DNA from: Octopus vulgaris
Lineage: Eukaryota
Assembly (NCBI GenBank): GCA_951406725.2
Contig: OX597823.1
Span: 63,488,001 to 63,552,000, forward strand
Direction: 5' to 3'
DNA: 64,000 bases
Below the pieces are notes generated by a model, which was not told the origin of the DNA, searched no databases, and worked only from the letters and a program-made list of their open reading frames with translations. Of the stretch, positions 25,461 to 39,018 are shown one piece after another. Numbering within the stretch: position 1 is the stretch's first letter; every line of letters begins with the position of its first letter. The position numbers and the translations under genes were made by a program.

Positions 25461-25934
25461 TAAACCTTCTGTGGTGTGCTTGCAGCAAGCATGTCTTACT
25501 TAAGTGGGGTAGTTGTGGAGAGGGAAGATGCTGTACGATTTATGGACAGGTTAAAGTTTAGGGTGGTATTAGGGAATTGCTTCGTATTATTATTATTATT
25601 ATTATTATTGTTGTTATTGTTGGAATACCCAGTGTACGGAGATGTTAGCTTATCACTTGAGATATCCCAGAAACAACTGTACGACGTCGGATTCACGTTA
25701 CCCTAATCAAATTATTATAAATGACTTGAGATAATCGTCCTGCCTTCGCTTTTGTTGTCATTTTCCTCTAATATATATATATATACCCATTTATGTGCGC
25801 ACATATACACGCGAATACTTATATACATCAACAGTAATCATTTGTATGTATTCAACATATGTATGTGCAGGCATGATATAAAATGCAGATTTGCATTACG
25901 CATGCATATACTTAAATGCATCTAAATGCACTCA

Positions 25935-25987
<53 letters not shown>

Positions 25988-25989
25988 TT

Positions 25990-26212
25990 ATATTTCTTTA
26001 CTGCTCAGAGGGGGCTAAACATAGAGGGGACAAATAAGGACAGACAAAGGGATTAAGTCGATTACATCGACCCCAGTGCGTAACTGGTTCTTATTTAATC
26101 GACCCCGAAAGAATGAAAGGCAAAGTCGACCTTGGCGGAATTTGAACTCAGAACAAAACAGTAGACAAATATCGCTAAGTATTTCGCCTGACGTACTAAC
26201 GATTCTGCCAGC
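25990..26212 (-). mobile_element. SINE family A
   Basis: Near full-length match to the 37431 copy. Confidence 0.9.
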
Positions 26213-26252
26213 TCTCTCTCTCTCGTTCTCTCCCCCTCACTCTCTCTCTCTC

Positions 26253-26376
<124 letters not shown>

Positions 26377-26780
26377 AAAAATCAAATAAAAAATAAAAAA
26401 TCTATAAAATATATATATATATTTTTAATAAAAAGATATTAAAACTATGTGAAATGAAGGCATTTCTCCCTCTTTTTTTAAATATATTTTTCCATATATT
26501 TTCACTATATATATATGTGTGTGTGTGTGTGTATACATATATTGAGAGCATACATATTCGGATATTTGTACTCAGTTACAGGGGCATATACACAAACATG
26601 CATGCCTGTGCATGTATTCATGTGTATTTCAACACTCACGTACACACACACGCTCACACATACATATATGCTTGCATACATACATATATACATACATACA
26701 CACATACATGCATGTAGGCATGCATACATACATACATACATTCATACATACATACATACATACATACATTTATACATACA

Positions 26781-26814
<34 letters not shown>

Positions 26815-27024
26815 CATACATACATACATACATATATAGATACATACACACATACATGCATATAGGCATGCATACATACATTCATACATACATACGTACA
26901 CAGAAACTTTGGTGAATGCATGCATACATTATCATACAGGCACACATGCGCTCATGTATGCATGCTTGCACATGTATATAAATACGCACATTCGTACACA
27001 TATATTCAATAATATATGCATACG

Positions 27025-27126
<102 letters not shown>

Positions 27127-27147
27127 AACGCGTGTATGTTTTTCTAT

Positions 27148-27237
<90 letters not shown>

Positions 27238-27615
27238 CAACGCTTCCATGCATTCATGCGTACATACACAGGTTCTTGCATACGTACCTAAATTACGTGT
27301 ATGCTTACTCGCGCATATATATACTCAAAATCATCTCGTTGTGTTTACGTTTTCAAGCTTATGTTGTTTTTTCATTCAAGAGCGAAAGATTGCTACAGAA
27401 TACCTGTTAAACAAACGATATTGTGAAGCCCGTTAACCGACAAGATAACAACGAAGAAGCTGGTTATCTCAGAATACAATATATTATATAATGTAATACA
27501 ATAAAATGTATTTGCATTGTGTGTACGTGCGTGCGTGTGTGTGTATCTATGCATGCATGTATGTGTATATGTGTGTGATATATGTATGCATGTATGTATG
27601 TATGTATATGTAAAA

Positions 27616-28330
27616 TGTGGAGCACGTGACTTGGTTGTTTAGGTGTTAAACTCATGAACGTAAGATTTTGGTTTCGATTCCTGGAGCGGGTTATGCCTTC
27701 TGTTCTTGAGAGCAAAACACTTCATTTCACATTGCTCTAGTTAACTATAACTGGCCAAAATGAGTTGTTCTGCGATTGACCGGTGTCCTTCCTAGGGAGG
27801 AAATATATACGCCACAGAATCCGAGATGGCCGGATTAATGAGCCTATGGCTCTGGAAGGACCTTTCATCTTGTTCTGATGTATAGAAAATACAGAAACTA
27901 AATATGCGGCATCTTATGCGTTATAAAACGTACGATAATTTCGGGAAATAACAACTATGATTACATAATTGTGGGTTGAAACATTACATAATCTTCTTAA
28001 TCCATATTGATATTAGCAAAATATTGATTGAATAGTGTTAAATGCGCAATATAACCTAGTGGTTAAGCGTGTTGCACACACGATTGTGAGATCGGGGTTA
28101 TGATTCCCAGACCGGCTGCATATTGTGTTCTTGAGTAAAACTCGTTTCACGGTGCTCCTGTACACTCAGCTTTGAATGAGTAACCTTGCGACTGACTAGC
28201 CTTTCGACCAAGGGAAATATTTTTGGTCTGCTTGCTTAACCAGCGGGATGGCATCACTTGGAAGCGAAAAATAATGAAAGTGCATTGTGACCAGCGTTAT
28301 ATAACAACATCTAATAATTTGGTCGATTAC
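27616..28330 (+). mobile_element. Two old tRNA-derived SINEs (~27616-27870 and ~28040-28330)
   Basis: A/B-box-like TGGTT..GGTTTCGATTCC heads followed by GTTCTTGAG..AAAAC..TTTCAC..TGCTC. Confidence 0.6.
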
Positions 28331-28336
28331 ATGGTA

Positions 28337-29229
28337 TGAGGTTTGATCAATAAGTACCCGGACTGTTGCCATAGTAACGAAACTAAAACACGCAGACTGA
28401 AGCCGCTTGGCACAAATTGACCTTGGACTCTGCTGTGTATGCGCACTAAGTGCTAATGTTCTAGCTTACTGCCGCTATTTACGGCAGTGCTTGGAAGGAA
28501 CGTGTGTAGCGTGTGATCGTCGCATTGACCATGACAGAGAAAGTTGTCATGGCGATACTTGTTCAGAGGCCAAGTTAAAGTTGCAGAAAGTGTATGGAGA
28601 GGAATGTATGAGCCACACACAAGTGTACGAGTGGTTCACACGTTTCCATGATGACCGAAAAAATGTTGATACTGACGAACGTATCTGGGAGACCCACAAC
28701 CAGCAGAATTGAGAAAAACATCGCAGATGTGCGTGCATCTGTGAGGGGAAATCGTCGAATCTCCATCTGTGAGTTATTAGAGAATGTGCAGATAAGTTAC
28801 GATTCATTTCAGTCCATTATCATTAAAGATTTGAGTATGAGACGCATGTCTGCCAAGTTTGTGCCAAAACTGCTTTCAGTTGACCAAAAAGACACTCGGG
28901 GGTTTCAGTTGCACAAGATCTTGATTGTGTCGAGAATGATGAAAGCTTTTTGAAAACTTTGCGTAGGCCTCTGAGCAGGTATTGCCAAGCTTTTGGCAAA
29001 AATTGATGCAGATCCTCTGCTCAACTTTCTGTCGTGGTCAATGCGACGATTAGACGCTACACACCTCCCTTCCAAGCACTGTTGTAAACAGTGGAAGTGA
29101 GCTGGAGTGTTAAAATTTAGTGTGCATGCACAGTTGCAGTCAAGAGCAATCTGTGCAAAGCGGCTTCACGCTGCATACTTTAGCTTCGTTATTATGGCAA
29201 CAGTTCGGGTACTTAATGATCAGACCACG
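28337..29229 (+). mobile_element. Mariner derivative (~893 bp) with ~210-bp inverted ends and TA TSD
   Basis: TA|TGAGGTTTGATCAATAAGTACCCG ... CGGGTACTTAATGATCAGACCACG|TA; HTH peptides KVYGEECMSHTQVYEWFTRF, SGRPTTS and AKFVPKLL. Confidence 0.9.
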
Positions 29230-30149
29230 TATATTCCCGTTATGGAAATTATCAACATCACCAGTGGCACATGCCGTAGAAGATATACAGATTTTCAAGG
29301 ATAAGACTCCCTCAAATCTAGAGAGACGTAGGGTGGGGAGCGGTCAGATATATGCACACATTCCTACACTCACATACCAAGCCAACATTTACAACAGAGG
29401 GTAAAGTAGGAGAGAAAAAGAAGGAGTAAGCACAAGATCTGTAATTAACGGCAAAAGTAGAGGCTACAACCGATAGATAGGTCGATATATATTATGATCG
29501 CGTTTGAAATTTACAAATATATTTGTAATAAAATTTGATCTTTAATAAATTCGAATTGAATTGAAATTATCAGGATTAATATTATTTATATTTGAGACAG
29601 ACAACTGACTACAATTCACTACACCATTTCTGGTTCGTTCACTCCTCTCTGCCAAATCCTAGTATATTCAGACACAATCGAGTCAACAGCAACGATGTCC
29701 ACTGCATAATAAATGCCAACATTTCGACTTGAAAGCGGACGATGTATGACATCAAGCCATCATCACTTGAAACATTCTTTCTGGTTTATAATTAGGATGG
29801 CTAGTCTATTTACACTGATATACTGATTATGCTGTTTCTAGTATGAAGTTTAGTTTTTAAAATCAGACACTTCTGGTGCCGTATCTTATCAGTTTCATCT
29901 TACTCTTAAGTATTTGTATGGGTGGTTCTGGTCTAATAACCTGATTTTGGTGCCTTGTCTAATTTAATATTCTTGGGTTTTAATTAGATTTCCACCGTTT
30001 ATCGTGCGTAGCTTAGGCATATTTTTCTACTACCATACCCATTTTTTGTGTGTGTGTGTCTTGGTTGAGTCTATGAACAATCGTTAGTAAAGAATTGTCC
30101 TTTGCAAATGATCTAAAACCATCTATATCGATGATATTATATGAATTCA

Positions 30150-30675
30150 GCAAGGCAGCGAAATGCTTATCGACATTTCGTCTGTCTTTATGTTCTGAGT
30201 CCAAATTCCGCCGAGGTTGACTTTGCCTTTCATCCTTTCGGGGTCGATTAAATAAGTACCTATTTCTTTATTACCCACAAGGGGCTAAACACAGAGGGGA
30301 CAAACAAGGACAGACATAGGTATTAAGTCGATTACATCGATCCCAGTGCATAACTGGTACTTAATTTATCGACCCCGAAAGGATGAAAGGTAAAGTCGAC
30401 CTCGGCGGAATTTGAACTCACAACGTAACGACAGACGAAATACGGCTACGCATTTCGCCCGGCGTGCTAACGTTTCTGTCAGCTCGCCACCGTCGATTAA
30501 ATAAGGGGTCGATTAAATAAGTACCAGTTACGCACTGGGGTCGATATAATCGACTTAATCCGTTTGTCTGTCCTTGTTTGTCCTCTCTGTGTTTAACCCC
30601 TTGTGGGTAGTAAAGAAATAGGTATTTCGTCTGTCTTTACGTTCTGAGTTCAAATTCTGCCGAGGTCAACTTTGC
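30150..30675. mobile_element. Nested SINE family A copies, with an antisense copy (30261-30491) inside a sense copy
   Basis: Sense copy breaks at AAGTACC (30260) and resumes at ~30505; GTCGATTAAATAAG occurs three times. Confidence 0.85.
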
Positions 30676-31209
30676 GTGTAGCGTTATATTTGAAGCGTTG
30701 AGACAAGCTAACGTGGAAGTCTCTGTATTATGGCTTGGCTTGCTAGAAATAACAACTTCAACTCCCTTTAACCACAGCTCGTCAATCGTTTCAAAAAAGG
30801 AAAGGCACTTTGAATAATGGAGTAAAATTTAAATATCATTCCTATTATAATATACAGATAAACAAAACTAAATACAGATAATATGCAAAATAATATATAT
30901 AATGTAGTATTGCGCATATTATTCTAGGACTTCATTATCTGTATTGACACAGAGCAAAAACAGAGAATCTTCTACTACCATGCTGCTAGCTTTAATTCTT
31001 ATTGGAGCTTTAGATATGACCCTGGGATCATAAGCATAACATGTTAGTTTATAAATTGAATATAAAAGCCAGCTGAAAGTGTGCTTGCCTGATGTTAACA
31101 TATAGACCACTTATTCGCTTATACATCGAATTCATTGAATTAAAAGTATTTTCACAACGAATTAGAAATAACTTACTTTATATATTTGATAATTGATACT
31201 CATTATTTT

Positions 31210-31860
31210 AAGGCGACGAGCTGGCAGAAACGTTAGCACGTCGGGCGAAATGCTTAGCAGTATTTCGTCTGTCTTTACGTTATGAGTTCAAATTATGCCG
31301 AGGTCGACTTTGCCTTTCATCATTTCGAGGTCGATAAATTAAGTACCAGTTGCGTACTGGGGTTGATCTAATCAATTGGTACCCCTCACCAAAAATTTCG
31401 AGCCATGTACCTAGAGCAGAAAAGAAATTTTTATTATCGAGTAAGGCGGCGAGCTGGCAGAAACGCCGGGCGAAATGCATAGTGGCATTTGGTCAGTCTT
31501 TACGTTCTAGGTTCAAATGCCGCCGCGGTTGACTTTGGCTTTCATACTTTCGATGTCGATAAAATAAATCCTAGTTGAGCACTGGGAGGTTTGATTTAAA
31601 CGACATAGCCCCTCTCCCTCGAAATTGCTGGCTTCGTGCCAAAATTTAAAACCACTATTTATTATTCTTGTAGGGGCGGTGACCTGGCAGAATCGTTAGC
31701 ACACCGGGAAAATGCTTAGCGGCGTTTTGTCCCTCTTTACTTTCTGAGTTCGAATTCAGCCGAGGTCGACCTTTCGGGGTCGATTAAATAAGTACCAGTT
31801 GAGCACTGAAGGTCGATGCAATCGATTTATTCCTCTCCCGAAATTGCTAGCCTTTTGCCA
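31210..31860 (+). mobile_element. Three head-to-tail SINE family A copies
   Basis: Heads at ~31210, ~31443 and ~31672. Confidence 0.88.
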
Positions 31861-32535
31861 TTATTATTCTAGTCTGGATAGGGCAGTTCCTATCACACAT
31901 ACCCTAAGTCGCGTCCCTCAATGTAACCTCTGGATGTGTCACAATTAGGTCGAAATTGAGATTCTTCGGCTATAAGACCCGATCGTTCTCTCATGGGAAT
32001 TATAAAATTACTTTAAAGCAAGACTACAAATATTTTTTTTAAATACATGGAATTAATTAATAAATTTGGTCTGCTCGAATTACTAAAATATACTACCATT
32101 AGAGAAATAGACATGAAAGAGAAACTGCCACATTCAATTACAACAAAATTCTTGATGAATTCATCAAAAGAAACACAGACGATTAACAAGACCATTTTAT
32201 AGCTTCAAGTTTCGGTGCAACTAATAGACATTCTTGAGCAGAAGATGATTCTGCTGCAGAAGAGAAATAAGTGCTAATATCTCTAGGACTCTTTACAGCA
32301 CCGGACAAAATGCTTAGCGGCATTTCTATCCACGTATCGTTCTCAGTTCAAATGCCGTCGGGGTCGACTTTGCCTTTCATTCTTTTCATTCTTTGAGCAA
32401 ATAAGTATAAGTCGATTAGTGTGTCTCTGTGCTCTATTCCAAACAAACTGTATAATACTGGGTGGAAACACATGTTGTACCCAATAATGATTTAATACTG
32501 AATCCATCAGTTAATTAATATTATATATTATATAA

Positions 32536-32592
<57 letters not shown>

Positions 32593-33714
32593 CTGTATGT
32601 ATGTATGTATGTATGTATGTGTTTGTGTGTGTGTGTGTTTAACTCACATATTTGGTAATGCCGTTATCGGTGTCAGCCATAGACGTCTATGCATAAAAAG
32701 TATATTATTTAATCCTGCTTGAATAAGGTTAAACCACGAGAGTAAAACATGATATTTAGAAGACAGCAACAACAACAGCAGCGACTATATAGAAGTCTCT
32801 TATTGTTAATTCTTGCATATTTTTACAAACAGAAGTTTCAGACCTTGCATAAATTAATTTTTGTTTATTTGAAACTAAGAACAGTTTTCTACTCGGTGTT
32901 TTCTACGTGGCCGTTCTATTTACTAGAAATAGATGTTAAATTCCTTTAAAATCTCACCCTCATACAAAGGCTTCATAAAAGGTACGCGTACGACTAGGGG
33001 TACGCTAAAAGAAGTTTTCGGGCTATACGAGGTTTGTAAAAATATCGGAATTTTGAAATATTTGCAACCAATTAAACACACTTCGTGTATCAAGAAAATG
33101 TGTGTAGAGACTTTTGCTGTTTCCATAAACATGTCGTTGTGAACAAGGACAATGTTTATAACCAAAAATACGTATAAAACAGTCAATTGAGATTAATATA
33201 TCGATGTACCTTCCCGAAAGTGTAACTAGAACTTAGCGCAATGTTTTACTTGCTAGAAAGAGTTAAGCTCATCCATCTAGAGCTAAGCTTATCCATCTCA
33301 TTCAAAATGTTACTTTAAATTATCTTAAGCTGATTTCTTATATAGGTACAACATCAGAAATTTTGTGAGAGGGAACAGTTGATTATATCGACCTCAGTCC
33401 CCTACTTTATTGACATTGGGAGGATGAAAGGCAAAGCTGACGCCGACGCGAGTTGAACTCGTTAAATTAATTTAAATGAATTCATAAATCATATATGTCT
33501 ATTGTCTACCCTGTGTTATCCAACATAGAAGTGCACTAGGATGGTTGTCATATCTTCTCTTTGGAGAATGTTTTTCAGATCTCGGTGCTGATTAAACAAA
33601 GGCATACAATGTAAGAGAGCAAGTCTCTTCTAGATCTGACATTATAGAAATCGCACTGATATAATTCTTTTTTGGAACAGTGGATCGCGCGAAGCACATA
33701 AAGCTGTGTATCCT

Positions 33715-33920
33715 TTCAAATATAGGCATAAGGCCTGAAATTTGTGGGGAGCGAACTAGTTGATTACATCGATCCCAGCGCTTAACTGGTACTGACTTTA
33801 TCGACCCCGAAAGGATGAAAGGCGAATTCGACCACAGTAGAATTTGAACCCAGAACATAAAGCCGGTAGAAACGCCGCTAAGCAGTTTTGTCCGGCACAG
33901 TAACGATTCTGGCAACATAA
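33715..33920 (-). mobile_element. SINE family A
   Basis: TCGACCCCGAAAGGATGAAAGGC domain; another fragment at ~33345-33460. Confidence 0.8.
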
Positions 33921-34167
33921 AACTAAATAATAGTATCTAGATAGCATGTAAAAAGCCATTCTGGATTGAAAATATCGAAAGATCACCCAATATTTGCATG
34001 CTATTCAAGGCGGCGAGTTGGCGGAAACACACACACATACATACAAACAAAGACATGACAAGTAAATAGACACCCCATAAAATATCGTTTCATGTTTATT
34101 CTAACTTGAAAAGGTTTATTTATATATATATATCATGTTTCAGGTTCTATATGTGACTGTTTAATCA

Positions 34168-34712
34168 TGCCATATACAAAAGAAGCCTTGGAACTGTCTG
34201 AATTTCAAAGAGGCCGTATTGTGGGTCATTCTGAAGGTGGACATAGCGTTAAATCGCAGGAAACCTTGGGCTCCCACTTTCTACAGTTAATAGAGTGATT
34301 GTGCGATTCACCAGAGAGGGGAAAGAGTCTACATCACCTCGCCCAGATCAACCAAAGACCTCTGACAAGAACCTTCTCTTTGTTAAGAGATGTGAGGAGG
34401 ATAGTCCTCGCTGCAAGGCCTCTGACATAGCAGAACAAGTTGATGTCAGTCCCAGAATAGCCGTCAGGTATCTCGACAAACTTGGTTACTATGGCAGAGC
34501 AGTAAGAAGGAAGCCACTTCTTCGATCAGCCAACACTAAGCGGATAAAAGATTGGGCCAGTGAGATGGTGGAGTGGCCGCTAGCATTTTGGGACACTGTC
34601 ATATTCTCTGATGAGTCCAGATTTGCTGTATTTCCTGACAGTGGTTGAATGAGGGTCTGGAGACTTTGTGAGGAAGAATTCTGTGATGGTCTGGGGAGCA
34701 ATTTGGGAGTAA
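34168..34712 (+). pseudogene. Tc1-like transposase fragment
   Basis: ELSEFQRGRIVG, STVNRVI, RRKPLL, WDTVIFSDESRF and SVMVWGAI; frameshift, stop and internal deletion. Confidence 0.9.
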
Positions 34713-34724
34713 AATGGTTGATTA

Positions 34725-34816
<92 letters not shown>

Positions 34817-35109
34817 TAAAGTTCTGTATGAATTATATTATTTTTTGCTGTGCGCTAAATTACAGCTCAAATCCTATAGAAATTACTTTTCCTATTCTGT
34901 CATTCCTGTTTGTGAGGAGCGTATTTCAAAACCTGATCTTCCATTTAAACTTACAAGGAAGTTATCTCAGAAACCTTGTCTTTCACCTGTTGTTTCTAGC
35001 ATGTATGAGATGATATTTGCGTCATATGTTTCCACCCAGGATTATATAGTGTGTTGGAATAGAGCACACAGACACACTAATCGATTTATACTTAATTGGG
35101 GACGCAAAT

Positions 35110-35808
35110 GTCCTCAATTTACTCACATTACTATGTTTTCCATACAGGAGATTTGCATTTCGCCCGAAAGTGGGTAGCCGATAGGTGGCCAAGGTGAGGG
35201 AAAGGGCATTTGGTATTTCTTTCAGAAAAATTAAATTTTCCAAAGCAAATTATATTTCCCACATTCGTAACCCCTATATTTTCCACGTGTATAAAAAAAA
35301 ATTCGAAAAGCAGTTGAAAATTAGGAAGCTTCGGCGGGGAGGGCAGAAATTATAATTTTGAAAACAAGATTTTTGGCCAAAATCATATTAATCTCTTTTT
35401 ATTCCATGAAACAGTAAAAATAGTTTGTGATCCTTCTTAAGAGCATAAATCACTTTCATGCAAATTGTACTCCCCACTTCACTTCTGGATAAACAATAAC
35501 TTCCATTACGCCAGTAATCCACTCCACTATACATATCAGATAACAGAATACATTACGCTTATCAAGACAGAGCATAGCCAAATCATTCACAGTTTACCGC
35601 TTCTTCTCAAAATTTTTCCCACATCTATTCATCCATTTCTGAAAAATCAAATTATATGTTTCGTAATCGTTCGCTCTTTTCAGCCATGCCACCAAAACGA
35701 AGACATTCTCATTTATCTCCGGAAACAAGGGTGCGCATAAGAAAGAAACAAATAATACATTGCGGCTGTAGATCATGACGCTCGGGCAACGCCGGGATGC
35801 ATTGCTAG
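35110..35808 (+). mobile_element. Non-autonomous Helitron derivative (left boundary uncertain)
   Basis: 3' end CTCGGGCAACGCCGGG..GCTAG|T (35781-35808) matches 5208-5235; ATG at 35686 encodes [14 protein letters not shown], similar to the RepHel start MPPKKRRTLLSPRT. Confidence 0.75.
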
Positions 35809-35810
35809 TG

Positions 35811-35895
<85 letters not shown>

Positions 35896-36607
35896 GTATA
35901 TATGTGTGTGTGTGTCTATGTATATATGTGTATATATATATATATATATATACTCGCTCGCTTGCACACACACACACATACGCACATCCACATACACACT
36001 CACATATAAACTCATATACGTATACATCTCCACCTACAAGCTTACCTGCATACGCAACAAAAAGAAAAACACATACACACATACACTCACACACTCACAC
36101 ACGCGCGCGCGCACACACACATACACTGAAAAATACACGGAAATGGCCTTATTATTTATAAGGTGTGGCGCTGTAAAAGGATTTCCGTTTCCAGGACTCT
36201 TGGTCAAATCCTCTATTCTTTTGTGTACCTATTCTTCCACAACGTCCTCCGTCTTACTTCCTTTCTTATTTGTGTCATATCATTGCTATTCTTCTTCTAT
36301 TAAATCTTTCTCTGTCTACCGTAGAACAACTGCCCACTCACCTTCTTTCCCCTTCACATCCAGTTTTGTCCCTCCTATGCACTGGCTCTTTATACAATCA
36401 CAAAGGAACGTTTAATTTATTAATGTATAAAGCTGTTATTAATGAAAATATATATGTAAACTGATAATGCATTATATATAAACCTGCCTTCTTTTTTGTT
36501 AGAGAGAACAATACACAAAAGATAAATATACAGAAAATCTCGTTTCTCGTTTGATTCTGTCCGTCCATCTAATGGTTTATTATCATGTAAAAATGCACAT
36601 ACATACG

Positions 36608-36702
<95 letters not shown>

Positions 36703-36734
36703 CACACACACACTTACATACATACATACATACA

Positions 36735-37730
36735 TAGTAAATAACGAAATAAATACGTTCTATGCATGCTCAAACGTGAGAGTAACTACATCTTTAGAGT
36801 CGGTGAAGAATTACTGTGCAGGTACTCTGAAAATACAACTGTCTGATGTGATCCAAAGAAGGTTGGACTGACCTACTTACCTAAGCAGACGCTTGGAGGA
36901 GAAGTATGCATCATACCAGCAAAAAGCAATATATGCATACATCTCCCGTGAGCTGGAGAGCAACAACAGCATTGACAGGAAGAGTAGCTTCTCTTGAAAC
37001 AGTAATAAATACATTACATCCACTCTACAAGGATTTACCTTCGCTTCCCAGAAACAGGAAATAGTTACTAAATACCTGATAAACAAGTGGAACAAAGATA
37101 CCACCAAACATCCACGTTGTGAAAAAAAAAACAAGGAATTCTGGTGGAACACTCCAATAAAAACATCAACTTGATGCAAACTTAACAGACCTGATATTGT
37201 TCTGTAGGGCATGGAATAAAAATCATGTACTGTTGTAGAGATCTGCTGCCCAGCAGATGTGAATGTACAATCAAAAATCCAGGAAAAGAGAGCATTTATA
37301 GCAAATTAATGCGGAGTTCATAGCTCTTGTAGCAGTGACTATGAATTCTCATTTCTACCTATCATTATAAGGTGCATTAAATTATCTTCCTAGAAACACA
37401 CGGTTTCACGGACAAAGAGCAAAAGAAACTGAGGCGGTGAGCTGGCAGAAACGTTAGCACGCCGGGCGAAATGCTTAGCGGTATTTCGTCTGCCGTTACG
37501 TTCTGAGTTCAAATTCCGCCGAGGTCGACTTTGCCTTTCATCCTTTCGGGATCGATTAAATAAGTACCAGTTACGCACTGGGGTCGATATAATCGACTTA
37601 ATCCGTTTGTCTGTCCTTGTTTGTCCCCTCTGTGTTTAGCTCCTTGTGGGTAATAAAGAAATAAGAAACTGAGGCGGATTCTCCAAATCGAATTTATTAG
37701 TGGTACAATTAGATGCACACTCTTGGATCA
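36735..37730 (+). pseudogene. Old REL non-LTR retrotransposon fragment related to the (CATA)n family
   Basis: LQGFTFASQKQEIVTKYL, EFWWNTPIKTST..NRPDIV, CTVVEICCPADVN and GFTDKEQKKLRRILQIEFISGT; starts directly after (CATA)n. Confidence 0.75.
37431..37665 (+). mobile_element. SINE family A, full length and young, inserted in the REL fragment
   Basis: 15-bp direct repeat AAGAAACTGAGGCGG at 37423 and 37663. Confidence 0.92.
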
Positions 37731-39018
37731 TGCATCGACAGTTCAACCAACACACCAACTCAATCACATATTTAGAAACACCGGGAACTCTCTTAATCCA
37801 CAAAGTCTTGACGTTTTGTTAGCGGACGACTTGAACACTCACAATGAAAAATAGTAGACACACACTCACATAGAGGCACATCCACAGACACACAAACAAA
37901 TATGTTTGTATGTACATACGTGTGTATGTATGTACATGTGTGCGTGTGTATGTATGTATGTATGTATGTATGTATGTATGTATGTATGTATGTATGTATG
38001 TATGTATGTATGTATATATGTATGTACGTGTGTGCGTGTGCATGTGTATGTATGTATGTGTGCGTATGTATGTATGTATGTATGTATGTATGTATGTATG
38101 TATGTATGTATAAGATATTATAAAACAGAAAAATGAGGTTCTCTGACAGAACCCAAGTTTCGTAGCTATACCTGAGAGCACATTGCTAATTACACCAGGT
38201 GCAAAAGCCATCCGTTTTATCTCTTTCTCATTCTCACATGCTTTCTCTTTCTCCCCCCCCCACGTACACACGCACTCATACACGCATACACACATACTTT
38301 CTTGCTTTCTCTCTTTTTCTATCTCCTTCTTTCTTACATACACATTCAAATTAGCATATAGTTTGCTAAAATCTACCAACACACCAACATCGATAAATAC
38401 GCCATTTGTTTCATTGCTCGTTTATTCAACAATTACCTAAAATAGAGAACTGTAAGATGCTACAAAAAGCTATTTAGTTTAAAAACAGTAATGAACTGCA
38501 GATACGTTTTTTATTTGCTACCTACCAATCAAAAGGGATAGATATCTTCCGAGTTTGTTGGCTCAATAATACAATGATATTTACACAGTACATGGTTGTT
38601 AATAAAGGTTTCCCATAGGATAGAATTCAACCATCAATCGATGTTACGTTTGATAACTGCGGTTATCAGAAAGCGTACATAAATGTCCGTCGTTTGCAAT
38701 GTCAACTGAATAATTGACGTAAATTGTGTAAAATGTGTTTGTGCTTGTTTCCGCTTGCAAAGCTAATTGCATGCAAGCAAATAGGCAACAGTAAAAAGAG
38801 AAGTAGATAAACTACGTGTGCTATTACACGCACACACACACACGCTCACACACACACGCACACGCATGCACACGCATGCATATGCATACGCACGCACACA
38901 CAAACATCAAACATGCACACGCACTTACACATACGCATGCACACACGTACGTGCGCGCGCACACACGTTTGAAGAAGGATTTTTTTAAAGTCTTAAACTA
39001 TTTGAAAAGTTTTGTCTC

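Larger units (their letters stand above)
24058..25772 (-). mobile_element. 5'-truncated Penelope-like element with an inverted terminal copy
   Basis: GIY-YIG fragment, hammerhead near the 3' end, and 25621-25772 is a diverged reverse complement of 24058-24187. Confidence 0.8.

Noticed and set aside
30920-31035. Possible exon encoding a hydrophobic peptide (MLLALILIGAL)
   Set aside because: Short, ends in a stop, no supporting context
32040-32200. hAT transposase C-terminus-like peptide (FNYNKILDEFIKRN)
   Set aside because: Too short and degenerate to call without a search
34880-35000. DLPFKLTR, resembling the Helitron helicase C-terminus
   Set aside because: An 8-residue resemblance only; flanking motifs missing
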